The notes below the pieces were generated by a model that saw only the letters and a list, made by a program, of their open reading frames with translations, was not told the DNA's origin and did not search any database. DNA of 56,090 bases. It comes from an uncultured Mariniphaga sp. (GTDB lineage: Bacteria > Bacteroidota > Bacteroidia > Bacteroidales > Prolixibacteraceae). Location: assembly GCA_964639655.1 (NCBI GenBank), contig CAZXHP010000005.1, positions 1,815 through 57,904 of the forward strand, written 5' to 3'. The translations under genes and the position numbers were made by a program. Each line of letters begins with the position of its first letter. The stretch's first letter is position 1. Shown here piece after piece: positions 36,699-45,652 of this stretch.

Positions 36699-36706
36699 TA
36701 AGTTTG
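36699..36706 (+). promoter_or_regulatory. -7 element (TAAGTTTG) of the lar operon promoter
   Basis: TAnnTTTG consensus in the mrpG-larE gap, implying a 5' leader of roughly 105 nt. Confidence 0.6.
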
Positions 36707-36742
36707 GGGTGTTATTATTTTCGGAAATGGTGTTACCGGATA

Positions 36743-36806
36743 ATGGTTCGCTCATGAACAGAGCAATTGTTTCGGGAGAAATAGCAGAGATTAATATCTG
36801 AACCAT
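36743..36806 (+). ncRNA. Candidate structured cis-regulatory RNA (four-way junction) in the larE leader
   Basis: P1 ATGGTTC/GAACCAT; P2 GCTC-ATGAACA-GAGC; P3 TTGTTTC-GGGA-GAAATAG (GNRA loop); P4 AGAT-TAAT-ATCT. Ends 13 nt before the larE ATG. Folded by eye only. Confidence 0.45.
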
Positions 36807-36819
36807 AAATTTTTAATCG

Positions 36820-37647
36820 ATGCATGAAATTTCAGAAGAATTAAAATTCAAACTGGGGCAGCTTGAAAAATGGTATTCCCAAAGAAAGGGGGCGATTGTG
36901 GCTTTTTCAGGTGGAATCGATTCCACACTGGTTTTGTTTTTTGCCCGCAGGTTTCAGGGGAAAAACAATGCCATCGGGGTCATTTCCAAATCTGAAAGTT
37001 TAAAGAAAAAAGATTTTGAGCTGGCCCGGTCCATTTGCCGGCAGTTCGATATTCAGCTGGAGGTTATCAAAACCAACGAATTATCCGATGAAAGGTACAA
37101 TCAGAATCCCATAAACAGGTGTTTTTTCTGTAAAGATCATCTTTACAATGATTTAAGCAAAATTTTGGATAAATATCCCGGTTTTGAAGTATTGAACGGA
37201 ACCAATTATGATGATTTTGGTGATTACCGTCCGGGATTGAAAGCTGCAACAAAGTACCATATTTTATCTCCGCTGGCCGATTGTAAAATAAGCAAAGAAG
37301 AAATAAGGCAACTCGCACGGTATTTTAATTTACCGAATTGGGATAAACCTGCCAGCCCGTGCCTCAGTTCCCGGATTCCGTATAACCACGTTGTGACCTA
37401 CAAAAAACTGCAGCAGATAGAAGAAGCTGAAGATTATCTGAACGGGTTGGGATTCGATGAAGTAAGAGTGAGGCATTACGATTCTTTAGGAAAAATTGAA
37501 GTGCCCCAAAACCAGCTCGGGCGATTGCTTTTACTAAAAAATCAGGTCGCTGAAAAATTTTCTTCCATTGGTTTCGAAAAATGTGAGATTGATTCCGAGG
37601 GGCTTGTCTCCGGAAAATTGAACCGGGTTATAAATAAAGTGAATTAA
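36820..37647 (+). CDS. larE: ATP-dependent sulfur transferase LarE (nickel-pincer cofactor biosynthesis)
   Basis: PP-loop AFSGGIDS, NRCFFCK, GTNYDDFGDYRPG, WDKPASPCLSSRIPY, VRVRH and SGKLN. Confidence 0.93.
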   Translation: MHEISEELKFKLGQLEKWYSQRKGAIVAFSGGIDSTLVLFFARRFQGKNNAIGVISKSESLKKKDFELARSICRQFDIQLEVIKTNELSDERYNQNPINRCFFCKDHLYNDLSKILDKYPGFEVLNGTNYDDFGDYRPGLKAATKYHILSPLADCKISKEEIRQLARYFNLPNWDKPASPCLSSRIPYNHVVTYKKLQQIEEAEDYLNGLGFDEVRVRHYDSLGKIEVPQNQLGRLLLLKNQVAEKFSSIGFEKCEIDSEGLVSGKLNRVINKVN

Positions 37648-37652
37648 GAACA

Positions 37653-38840
37653 ATGCAAAAAATACTTTATTACGATTGTTTTGCAGGTATAAGCGGAGAC
37701 ATGAACCTGGGGGCATTGATTGATCTTGGGGTGGATCCGGAATACCTGAAAATTGAATTTCGAAAGTTGAAAATCGACGGCTTCCGTCTTGAAGTCAAAG
37801 CGGAAAAAAGACGCGGCATCAGTGGCATTAAAGCAGAAGTTGTTATCGATAATCCGGAAAATGAAAAACACCGGCACCTGCATCATATTGAAACCCTGAT
37901 AAATGATGCTGAATTGCCTGATAATGTGAAAGAAACAGCGCTGAAAATTTTTGGTTTGGTGGCCGAAGCCGAAGCTAAAATTCACGATACACCCATACAA
38001 AAAGTTCATTTTCACGAGGTTGGGGCGCTTGATTCCATTGCCGATATTGTGGGAGCAGCCATTTGTCTCGATTATCTGAAAGTGGATAAAGTGATGGCAT
38101 CTCCGGTGCAGTTGGGGGGAGGAACCGTAAAATGTGCTCACGGTATCATGCCTGTCCCGGCGCCTGCTACCGCCGAAATACTAAAAAATATTCCGGTGAA
38201 AACGGGTCTGGTAAACTATGAAGCCACCACGCCGACCGGAGCTGCTATTCTTGCGGCAACCGTTCACGAGTTTACCCCGGCTGTAAATTTTGATGTGCAA
38301 AAAGTGGGATACGGTTTGGGAACGAAGGATACCGAAGTTCCCAATGTTTTACGGGTTTTTCTTGCCGAGGCAGAAGAGGCGGAAAAAGATTCGATTCAAA
38401 GCGAGGCTGTTTTGCTGGCGTGCAATATCGACGACCTGAGCCCCGAAAACTATGAGTATGCCATGGACCTTTTATTTGAAGCAGGCGCCGCGGACGTGTG
38501 GATTGAACCCATCATCATGAAAAAATCGAGACCTGCAAACAAGCTTTGCGTATTATGTAATCCCCAGGATGCCGCGAAAATGAAGACCATTTTGTTTACG
38601 CATACGAGCACTATTGGCCTGCGGGAAACATTGCTCAATAAATATGCGCTTTTGCGCCAAGAGCGAAAAGTACAGACACCGTATGGAGATGTACGGATGA
38701 AACAAAGTTTTTACAGAGGAAAACTCGTAAACTCAAAGCCGGAACTGGAAGACTGTAAAAAGCTGGCTAAAAAGCACGACGTTCCGGTTTGGAAGATTCA
38801 GGAATCGGTATTTAAAAATCTGGAGGATGGAAGTAGTTAA
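37653..38840 (+). CDS. larC: Nickel insertase LarC
   Basis: YYDCFAGISGDMNLGAL, HRHLHH, VHFHEVGALDSIADIVG, HGIMPVPAPAT, TPTGAA, NIDD, MKKSRP and KPELED. One continuous ORF. Confidence 0.94.
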   Translation: MQKILYYDCFAGISGDMNLGALIDLGVDPEYLKIEFRKLKIDGFRLEVKAEKRRGISGIKAEVVIDNPENEKHRHLHHIETLINDAELPDNVKETALKIFGLVAEAEAKIHDTPIQKVHFHEVGALDSIADIVGAAICLDYLKVDKVMASPVQLGGGTVKCAHGIMPVPAPATAEILKNIPVKTGLVNYEATTPTGAAILAATVHEFTPAVNFDVQKVGYGLGTKDTEVPNVLRVFLAEAEEAEKDSIQSEAVLLACNIDDLSPENYEYAMDLLFEAGAADVWIEPIIMKKSRPANKLCVLCNPQDAAKMKTILFTHTSTIGLRETLLNKYALLRQERKVQTPYGDVRMKQSFYRGKLVNSKPELEDCKKLAKKHDVPVWKIQESVFKNLEDGSS

Positions 38841-39567
38841 ATTACTTGAAAACTATAAAGAAGGTTCGGCCAGCCTGCAGGAAACTTTGCAGTTGTTGAG
38901 AGAGCAGGGCATTGAAGACCTGGGGTTTGCAAAGATTGACACCGACCGGCAGGTCCGGACAGGAATTCCTGAAGTTATCTACTCCGCGGGGAAAACGAAA
39001 GAGCAGATCAAACAAATTGTTGAACGCATGTACCGGTCCGGAATCGACATTCTGGCCACACGTGCTTCCGAAGAAGTATTTGAAGGTGTAAAAGAGATAG
39101 TACCAGATGCCCGGTTTAATTCCCTCGCAAAAACCATTGTTTTTCAACACAACCATCAGGAAAAAACCGAAGGGTATATTGCCATAGTTGCTGCCGGAAC
39201 TTCCGACATGCCGGTTGCGGAAGAAGCTGCAGAAACGGCAGGATTTCTGGGAAACAACGTAGAACGGGTTTACGATGTCGGTGTAGCAGGAATTCACCGC
39301 CTTTTTAGTAAAATAGAACTTATAAAAGGTGCAAGAGTGATTATTGTTGTTGCCGGTATGGAGGGCGCACTGCCGAGCGTCGTAGGCGGACTGGTTGACA
39401 AACCGGTTATAGCAGTGCCAACCAGCGTTGGCTATGGCGCCAATTTAGGCGGCATAACTGCGTTGCTGGCCATGCTGAACAGTTGCGCAGCCGGAATCAG
39501 TGTGGTGAATATCGATAACGGATTTGGGGCAGCATGCCAGGCAAGTTTAATCAATAAATTAAAGTAA
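38827..39567 (+). CDS. larB: Pyridinium-3,5-biscarboxylic acid mononucleotide synthase LarB
   Basis: DLGFAKID..R..RTGIPEVIY, AGTSDMPVAEEA, DVGVAGIHRL, AGMEGALPSV, PTSVGYG, MLNSCA and VVNIDNGFGA. Confidence 0.95.
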   Translation: MEVVKLLENYKEGSASLQETLQLLREQGIEDLGFAKIDTDRQVRTGIPEVIYSAGKTKEQIKQIVERMYRSGIDILATRASEEVFEGVKEIVPDARFNSLAKTIVFQHNHQEKTEGYIAIVAAGTSDMPVAEEAAETAGFLGNNVERVYDVGVAGIHRLFSKIELIKGARVIIVVAGMEGALPSVVGGLVDKPVIAVPTSVGYGANLGGITALLAMLNSCAAGISVVNIDNGFGAACQASLINKLK

Positions 39568-39577
39568 GTTGTTCGGG

Positions 39578-40297
39578 ATGAAAGAATTGTATTTGTTATA
39601 TGGAACAGCGGCATCTCTGGGATTTTTCCACACCATTTTAGGTCCCGACCATTATGTGCCGTTTATTGTTTTAAGCAAGGCGCGGAATTGGTCGAAATCA
39701 AAAACCCTTTGGGTAACTTTTATTTCCGGGATTGGACATGTGGGCAGTACAGTGTTGCTCGGCTTTTTGGGTGTTGCTCTGGGACTAAGTATCAATAAAC
39801 TGGAATCCATTGAAATGTTCAGAGGGGAAATTGCAGGCTGGATGCTTTTTGTTTTTGGACTTATCTATTTTTTCTACGGCGTTTACAGACAAATGAAAAG
39901 AAACGGGCATGGGCATGTGCATCATCCTGTTTTTAGCTTTTTATTGCCGAAAAAAGCACGTCGAATGCACCACCTGCCCACTGATGAAAACGAAGCGGAA
40001 AAGAAAAAACAGGCCGGGATAACCTCCTGGATGCTCTTCCTGATCTTTGTACTCGGGCCCTGCGAGGTGCTCATTCCGTTGCTGATTTTTCCGGCGGCTG
40101 AACACAGCACCATCGGAATTGTGATGGTAGCACTTATTTTTGGTATTGCCACGGTTGCTACCATGCTGGGTATTGTTTACCTCGGATTTAAAGGCTCGAA
40201 ACACCTGAATTTAAAGCAGAAAAGTGAATTTGTACATATTGCCGCCGGATTGGTCATCGCCTTTCTCGGTGTTAGTATTCTGTTCTTTGGGTGGTGA
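39578..40297 (+). CDS. UreH/NiCoT-like (DsbD_2-type) nickel transporter
   Basis: HTILGPDHY motif in TM1, GIGH, a His-rich loop (GHGHVHHP...RMHH) and GPCEVL. About 6 TM. Directly follows larB. Start is ATG 39578 or TTG 39569. Confidence 0.75.
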   Translation: MKELYLLYGTAASLGFFHTILGPDHYVPFIVLSKARNWSKSKTLWVTFISGIGHVGSTVLLGFLGVALGLSINKLESIEMFRGEIAGWMLFVFGLIYFFYGVYRQMKRNGHGHVHHPVFSFLLPKKARRMHHLPTDENEAEKKKQAGITSWMLFLIFVLGPCEVLIPLLIFPAAEHSTIGIVMVALIFGIATVATMLGIVYLGFKGSKHLNLKQKSEFVHIAAGLVIAFLGVSILFFGW

Positions 40298-40393
40298 TTG
40301 TTTTTGACAGATCGTCCGGATTTCTTTCTGATAAACTTTTTGGGTTGAATTGCTTTTTTTATTTTTAACGAAAACTTAAAAAAACGTCGGAAT

Positions 40394-41143
40394 ATGTCAG
40401 GACACAGCAAATGGTCAACCATCAAAAGAAAGAAGGGAGCGGCGGATGCCAAACGTTCCAAAATGTTTTCCAAACTCTCGAAGGAGATTACGGTTGCTGC
40501 CAAAGTAGGCGGCGCTGATATCGATGCCAATCCGCGCCTGCGACTGGCCGTGCAAAACGCCAAAGGGCAGAACATGTCGAAAGATGTAATTGAACGCGCC
40601 ATCAACAAAGCTGAAAAAGATACTTCCAGTTTCGAGGAAATGACCTTTGAAGGTTACGGCCCCGGGGGAATCGCCATTTTTGTGGAGTGCCTTTCAGATA
40701 ACAATAACCGCACGGTGGGAAGTGTGCGATCGGCATTTACAAAAAACAATGGTCATTTGGGAACTAATGGTTCAGTTGCATTTCTGTTCGATACCAAAGG
40801 CGTTTTTGTGGTACCCGATAACGACAAAACAAATGACGAGGATTTTGAACTTGAAATGATTGATGCCGGGGCGGAAGAGATGGAAGAGAACGACGGATTT
40901 ATTGAAATCACATCGGCCATGGAAGATTTCGGAAGTGTTTCCAAAAAACTGGAAGAACTGGGAGTAGAGCCCGAAAGTCAGGGGTTACAGCGTATTCCAA
41001 CTACCACAACGGCTTTGGAAGTTGATGAAGCTAAAAAAGTGTTGCGGCTGGTGGAACGTCTGGAGGAGGACGACGATGTGCAGAATGTGTACCACAACCT
41101 GGAAATCACGCCCGAGTTGGAGGCAGCGCTGGCCGAAGAATGA
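40394..41143 (+). CDS. yebC: YebC/PmpR family protein
   Basis: MSGHSKWSTIKRKK, NPRLR, FEGYGPGG, DNNNRT and DDDVQNVYHN. Confidence 0.96.
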   Translation: MSGHSKWSTIKRKKGAADAKRSKMFSKLSKEITVAAKVGGADIDANPRLRLAVQNAKGQNMSKDVIERAINKAEKDTSSFEEMTFEGYGPGGIAIFVECLSDNNNRTVGSVRSAFTKNNGHLGTNGSVAFLFDTKGVFVVPDNDKTNDEDFELEMIDAGAEEMEENDGFIEITSAMEDFGSVSKKLEELGVEPESQGLQRIPTTTTALEVDEAKKVLRLVERLEEDDDVQNVYHNLEITPELEAALAEE

Positions 41144-41231
41144 CTTTTGCATGTTTATGGGAAAAAACCTGATTGTGTCACAGACAATGGTAGCGGATTT
41201 TTAGCGTTAAACAATTAATGGATTTTTGAAT

Positions 41232-41239
41232 TATATTTG
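41232..41239 (+). promoter_or_regulatory. -7 element (TATATTTG) for SPOR-purF
   Basis: TAnnTTTG followed by CA, 21 bp upstream of ATG 41261. Confidence 0.65.
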
Positions 41240-41260
41240 CAACCTCAATTGAGGAGAAAC

Positions 41261-41767
41261 ATGAGGGCACTGTTTTTATTTTTATCGGGTCTGTTTTTTT
41301 GCCAGCTGTTGGCTGCACAGGTAACTTTTCCTGCTGCATCCCAAAATAATTTTACGATAGATTCTTTACCGGCAGGCTCCGACTCATTATCACTTCAGTT
41401 TCTCGATGATTTGACCATTAACCAGGATGCGAGATTAAACAAGATGCTGAAATGGCATGTGGAGAATAACAGGAAACGCGACGGGATGGATGGTTACCGG
41501 GTTGAAATTTACTTTAGTTCTGCACTGAATGCCAAAAATCAGGCATTAAAAAAGAAAAAGGAATTTTTATCGAAATACCCCGATTACAACGTGCATGTGA
41601 AATATACCGCCCCTAATTTTAGGGTGCGTGTTGGCGATTTCAGAACAAAAAACGAAGCATTAAAATTGCATAAACAAATTCAGAAAGATTATCCCGGCGC
41701 TTTTATCGTTCCGGATATTATCGATTTTCCGCAGTTGAAACCCAAAAATTATGAGCGACCAGATTAA
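41261..41767 (+). CDS. Secreted SPOR-domain protein
   Basis: Signal MRALFLFLSGLFFCQLLAA. C-terminal GYRVEIY...PNFRVRVGDFRTKNEA...YPGAFIV. Overlaps purF by 17 nt. Confidence 0.85.
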   Translation: MRALFLFLSGLFFCQLLAAQVTFPAASQNNFTIDSLPAGSDSLSLQFLDDLTINQDARLNKMLKWHVENNRKRDGMDGYRVEIYFSSALNAKNQALKKKKEFLSKYPDYNVHVKYTAPNFRVRVGDFRTKNEALKLHKQIQKDYPGAFIVPDIIDFPQLKPKNYERPD

Positions 41768-43649
41768 GCACGAATGTGGCATTGCATTAATTCGCTTGTT
41801 AAAGCCTTTATCGTATTACAAAGAAAAATACGGCACGTGGAGATACGGCCTGAACAAGTTGTACCTGCTGATGGAAAAACAACACAACCGCGGGCAGGAC
41901 GGTGCCGGAATGGTTTGTGTAAAAGACCATCTTTCGCCCGGAAGCACCTATATCAACAGGTACAGATCCATCAACCAGAATCCCATACTCGATGTTTTCG
42001 ATAAAGTAAATAAACCCCTGAAAAAGGCGCAGCGTAAAGGAGTTGATGTGGAAAACTGCGACTGGGCTTATCAACATTATCCTTTTGCCGGCGAACTTTA
42101 TCTGGGCCATTTGCGCTACGGAACTTTCGGGAAAAACAGCATCGATTTTGTACATCCGGTAATGCGGCAAAACAACTGGAAATCGAGAAACCTGGTGCTT
42201 GCCGGTAATTTTAACCTAACCAATACCGACGAGCTTTTCAAAGTTCTAATTGAACTGGGACAACACCCCAAAGCTTATACCGACACCGTAACCGCACTGG
42301 AGAAAGTGGGCCATTTTCTCGATGAAGAGAACCAGTTGCTATTCAGAAAATATAAAAATGAAGGGTACAAAAACGACGAAATTTCTCCGTTGATCGAAGA
42401 AAACCTCGACATTCAGAATATTTTGGAACGCGCTACCAAAGACTGGGACGGCGGTTATGCCATGGCCGGGCTCATTGGCCACGGCGACGCTTTTGTAGTA
42501 CGCGATCCGTGGGGAATTCGTCCGGCGCATTATTACCATGACGAGGAAATTGTTGTAGTGGCTTCCGAAAGACCGGTAATTCAAACTGTGATGAATGTAG
42601 GCTGGGATAAAGTACATGAAATCGCTCCCGGTGAAGCGCTTATTGTGAAAAAGAAAGGAAATGTCAGTCAGGAGATGATTCGCGTTCCGCATAAACGAAG
42701 CTCCTGCTCGTTTGAACGGATTTATTTTTCACGGGGCAGCGACCGCAGTATTTACCGCGAACGGAAGGAGCTCGGAAGGCTGCTCGGTACTCCGATTCTG
42801 AAAACAATCAATTACGATTTTGAAAACACCGTTTTTTCATATATTCCCAATACATCGGAAACAGCCTTTTACGGGATGATTGAAGGAATTCGCGAATACC
42901 TGACAGACTGGAAGATTGAGCGCCTTAAACAAGGCAACGGCAGCATGACCGACGATGAAATCAAGCAAATAATTTCGCTGGAACCGCGGGTGGAAAAAGT
43001 GGCTGTTAAAGATGTAAAACTGCGTACATTTATTGCCGACGATGCCAGCCGCGACGATTTGGTAGCTCACGTTTACGATGTAACGTACGGCGTGGTGAGA
43101 AACAATGTGGATACACTTGTAGTAATCGACGATTCTATTGTGCGCGGAACAACCCTGAAAAACAGTATTCTGAGAATTCTCGACCGGTTACACCCCAAAA
43201 AAATAATTGTGGTTTCATCAGCGCCGCAAATCCGGTATCCCGACTGCTACGGAATCGATATGGCACGCCTCGATAAATTTATTGCCTTTAATGCTACCAT
43301 TGAACTGCTGAAAGACTACGGTAAAGAAAATGTTATTGAAGAAGTTTACCGCAAATGCAAAGAGCAGGAAAATCTGCCCAAAGAGGAAATGGTAAATTAT
43401 GTGCGCGAAATTTACCGCTCATTTACACCTGAACAAATTTCAGCCAAAATTGCCGAACTGCTAAAACCCGATGATTGTGAAGCCGAAGTGGAAATCGTTT
43501 ATCAGTCTGTCGAAAACCTTCACCAGGCTTGCCCCAACGATACCGGCGACTGGTATTTCACCGGGAATTATCCCACACCCGGCGGCAACCGGGTGGTCAA
43601 TTCTTCATTTATAAACTACATTGAAGGGAAAGATGAACGCGCGTATTGA
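41751..43649 (+). CDS. purF: Amidophosphoribosyltransferase
   Basis: HECG (Ntn Cys after propeptide), QHNRGQDGAG, GHLRYGT, RDPWGIRP, CSFERIYF, VIDDSIVRGTT and YGIDM. Confidence 0.95.
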   Translation: MSDQIKHECGIALIRLLKPLSYYKEKYGTWRYGLNKLYLLMEKQHNRGQDGAGMVCVKDHLSPGSTYINRYRSINQNPILDVFDKVNKPLKKAQRKGVDVENCDWAYQHYPFAGELYLGHLRYGTFGKNSIDFVHPVMRQNNWKSRNLVLAGNFNLTNTDELFKVLIELGQHPKAYTDTVTALEKVGHFLDEENQLLFRKYKNEGYKNDEISPLIEENLDIQNILERATKDWDGGYAMAGLIGHGDAFVVRDPWGIRPAHYYHDEEIVVVASERPVIQTVMNVGWDKVHEIAPGEALIVKKKGNVSQEMIRVPHKRSSCSFERIYFSRGSDRSIYRERKELGRLLGTPILKTINYDFENTVFSYIPNTSETAFYGMIEGIREYLTDWKIERLKQGNGSMTDDEIKQIISLEPRVEKVAVKDVKLRTFIADDASRDDLVAHVYDVTYGVVRNNVDTLVVIDDSIVRGTTLKNSILRILDRLHPKKIIVVSSAPQIRYPDCYGIDMARLDKFIAFNATIELLKDYGKENVIEEVYRKCKEQENLPKEEMVNYVREIYRSFTPEQISAKIAELLKPDDCEAEVEIVYQSVENLHQACPNDTGDWYFTGNYPTPGGNRVVNSSFINYIEGKDERAY

Positions 43650-43858
43650 TTTTTGTTAATAAAAATTAAAACATTTTCGGGCAAAGCGTGTTTTAGTTAG
43701 TGCCTCTGAAAATGGAAGAAACAATTTGTCATGGCGTATTATTAATCTTTCCCTCGGGAAAAAATTATCTTCCGTTTTTCAGGGGTTTTTCTTTTCAGAA
43801 AACGCTCTATCTGATCAGTCTAAAGGGTTTTAAATTTACCTGTAAAAAGAAATATCCC

Positions 43859-43889
43859 TTTGAAATAAAGTTGATTTCAGTTATTTTTG
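43859..43889 (+). promoter_or_regulatory. Complete Bacteroidota sigma-A promoter for the TA operon
   Basis: TTTG (43859-43862), 19 bp spacer, TATTTTTG (43882-43889); 15 bp before ATG 43905. Confidence 0.65.
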
Positions 43890-43904
43890 ATAAAAAATTG
43901 AGGT

Positions 43905-44129
43905 ATGTTAAGTGTTCAGGGAATTTATGACGGCAAGGTTTTAAGGTTTTTGGAAAAAATTAAAATTCATTCGCCCAAAAAAGTTATTGTTACATTTTTG
44001 GAGGATATTGATGATGATATTTCGAGTGAAGAACTTCATCAAATTGCTAGTGAAGGTGGGGCCTTTTACTTTTTGGAGAATGAGGAAGAGGATATTTATA
44101 CCGATGCCGATTTAAAAGTAAAGTATTGA
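43905..44129 (+). CDS. Putative antitoxin (DUF104/AF2212-like N-terminus, acidic C-terminus)
   Basis: 74 aa. MLSVQGIYDGKVLRFLEKI...KKVIVTFLE followed by an acidic tail. Separated from the toxin gene by 1 nt. Confidence 0.7.
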   Translation: MLSVQGIYDGKVLRFLEKIKIHSPKKVIVTFLEDIDDDISSEELHQIASEGGAFYFLENEEEDIYTDADLKVKY

Positions 44130-44130
44130 A

Positions 44131-44475
44131 ATGAAACGAGGTACAATTGTGTTAACGCACTTCCCGTTTACCGACCTGACCTCTTCCAAAAGAAGGCCTG
44201 CTGTCGTAATTTCGAAAGTTTTCGACCGAAAAATGGATGTTATTGTTGCTTTTATTTCTTCTGTTGTTCCCGATGTTTTATCCGATACTGATTTATTGTT
44301 TGATGTCAGCAGGAATGATTTTTCCGATTCCGGGTTGAAAAAGAAATCTGTTTTTAAACTGGATAAAATTGCCACTTTAAACAAGGCAATATTTTCAGGA
44401 GAAATGGGGTGTGTTGGATCGGAAACGTTAAAGCTGATAGAAGAAAAATTGAAGATTGCGCTGGATCTGAACTGA
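44131..44475 (+). CDS. PemK/MazF family toxin
   Basis: MKRGTIVLTHFPFTDLTSSKRRPAVVIS, VAFISS and SGLKKKSVFKLDKIATL. Confidence 0.9.
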   Translation: MKRGTIVLTHFPFTDLTSSKRRPAVVISKVFDRKMDVIVAFISSVVPDVLSDTDLLFDVSRNDFSDSGLKKKSVFKLDKIATLNKAIFSGEMGCVGSETLKLIEEKLKIALDLN

Positions 44476-44509
44476 AACTAATAGAATTTTATCTCTCAGA
44501 ATATCTTCC

Positions 44510-44517
44510 TATCTTTG
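44510..44517 (+). promoter_or_regulatory. -7 element (TATCTTTG) for the FemX-like gene
   Basis: TAnnTTTG followed by CC, 22 bp before ATG 44540. Confidence 0.6.
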
Positions 44518-44539
44518 CCGGTTAAAATCAGCTGCTGTA

Positions 44540-45652
44540 ATGTACTGTAAAATAGAAAGTAAAAACCTGCATGATGTTGTAACAACCAATATTGTGCAGC
44601 AATCATCATTTTGGGGAAGAATAAAAAACCGGCAGGGGTTTCAACCGGTTGCTTTTGAATACAAAGTATCGGACGATATGCTTTTGCCGGCTTTGTCGGG
44701 GAAAAACCTGATTCAGGACGATTTGCTGGTATTACTCAGGTATGTGGACAACAAACACTGTTTTGCTTATATTCCTTACGGACCTGAAGAAGAACCTGCA
44801 AGCGAAAACCACGGGCTTTTTCTGGAAGAACTTTCAGAGGTACTGCGTCCACATCTTCCCAAAAACTGTATGTTCATTCGTTACGATTTACCCTGGGAAA
44901 ACCAGTGGGCTCTCGAAGCTGATTTTTTCGACCAGAGTGGAAACTGGTTAGGCCCGCCACCGCACCAGCAACAGGAATTCAGGGTAAACTTTAATACCCG
45001 GAACTGGAATCTGGTAAAAAGTCCCACCGACAATCTGCCTTCCAACACCATATTTTTAAATCTGGTTCAGGAAGAAGAACAGTTGTTGAAAAGGATGAAA
45101 CCTAAAACACGATACAATATCAGATTGTCTGCCCGAAAAGGTGTGCACGTGCAAAGTTACGGAATGGACATGCTGGATACCTGGTATAAATTGTATAAAG
45201 AAACTTCGGCGCGTAACGGCATTACACTTCACCCCAAAGAAAATTTCTATACATTTCTGGAAATGCAGAGAAATGAGGATGTGGATACCCGTTTGCTGAT
45301 GGCCAGCCATGAAAGAGAATTTTTGGCAGCCATGTTTCTGGTGCTTTCCAAAAAACGGGGTACATACATGTACGGTGCGTCGTCGGGAAATAAACGAAAT
45401 CTGATGGCCACTTATGCCGTTCAGTGGGAAGGCATAAGGCTTGCGCGACAGGCCGGTTGCGAAGAATACGATCTGTTTGGCGCAGCTCCCAACCCCAACA
45501 GTTCACATCCTATGTACGGCCTTTACCGGTTTAAAAGCGGTTTTGGCGGCGAAATGTACCACCGAATGGGCTGCTGGGATTATCCGCTCGACCAGGAACA
45601 ATACCGTGCGTTTAGGGCACAGGAAATTAATTTTCAGGGATACCACAATTAA
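44540..45652 (+). CDS. FemABX-family (FemX-like) tRNA-dependent aminoacyltransferase
   Basis: QQSSFWG..K, YIPYGP, MKPKTRYNIRLSARKGV, YMYGASS, QWEGI, YDLFG and GLYRFKSGFGG. Confidence 0.85.
   Translation: MYCKIESKNLHDVVTTNIVQQSSFWGRIKNRQGFQPVAFEYKVSDDMLLPALSGKNLIQDDLLVLLRYVDNKHCFAYIPYGPEEEPASENHGLFLEELSEVLRPHLPKNCMFIRYDLPWENQWALEADFFDQSGNWLGPPPHQQQEFRVNFNTRNWNLVKSPTDNLPSNTIFLNLVQEEEQLLKRMKPKTRYNIRLSARKGVHVQSYGMDMLDTWYKLYKETSARNGITLHPKENFYTFLEMQRNEDVDTRLLMASHEREFLAAMFLVLSKKRGTYMYGASSGNKRNLMATYAVQWEGIRLARQAGCEEYDLFGAAPNPNSSHPMYGLYRFKSGFGGEMYHRMGCWDYPLDQEQYRAFRAQEINFQGYHN

Noticed and set aside
40177..40608. 143-aa minus-strand ORF
   Set aside because: It is the antisense shadow of yebC and the Ni-transporter 3' end.
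43650..43858. Gap after purF with a 76-aa ORF (43700-43930) as a small gene, IS remnant or sRNA
   Set aside because: No recognisable motif, terminal repeats or convincing structure. The ORF runs through the TA promoter and into the antitoxin in another frame.
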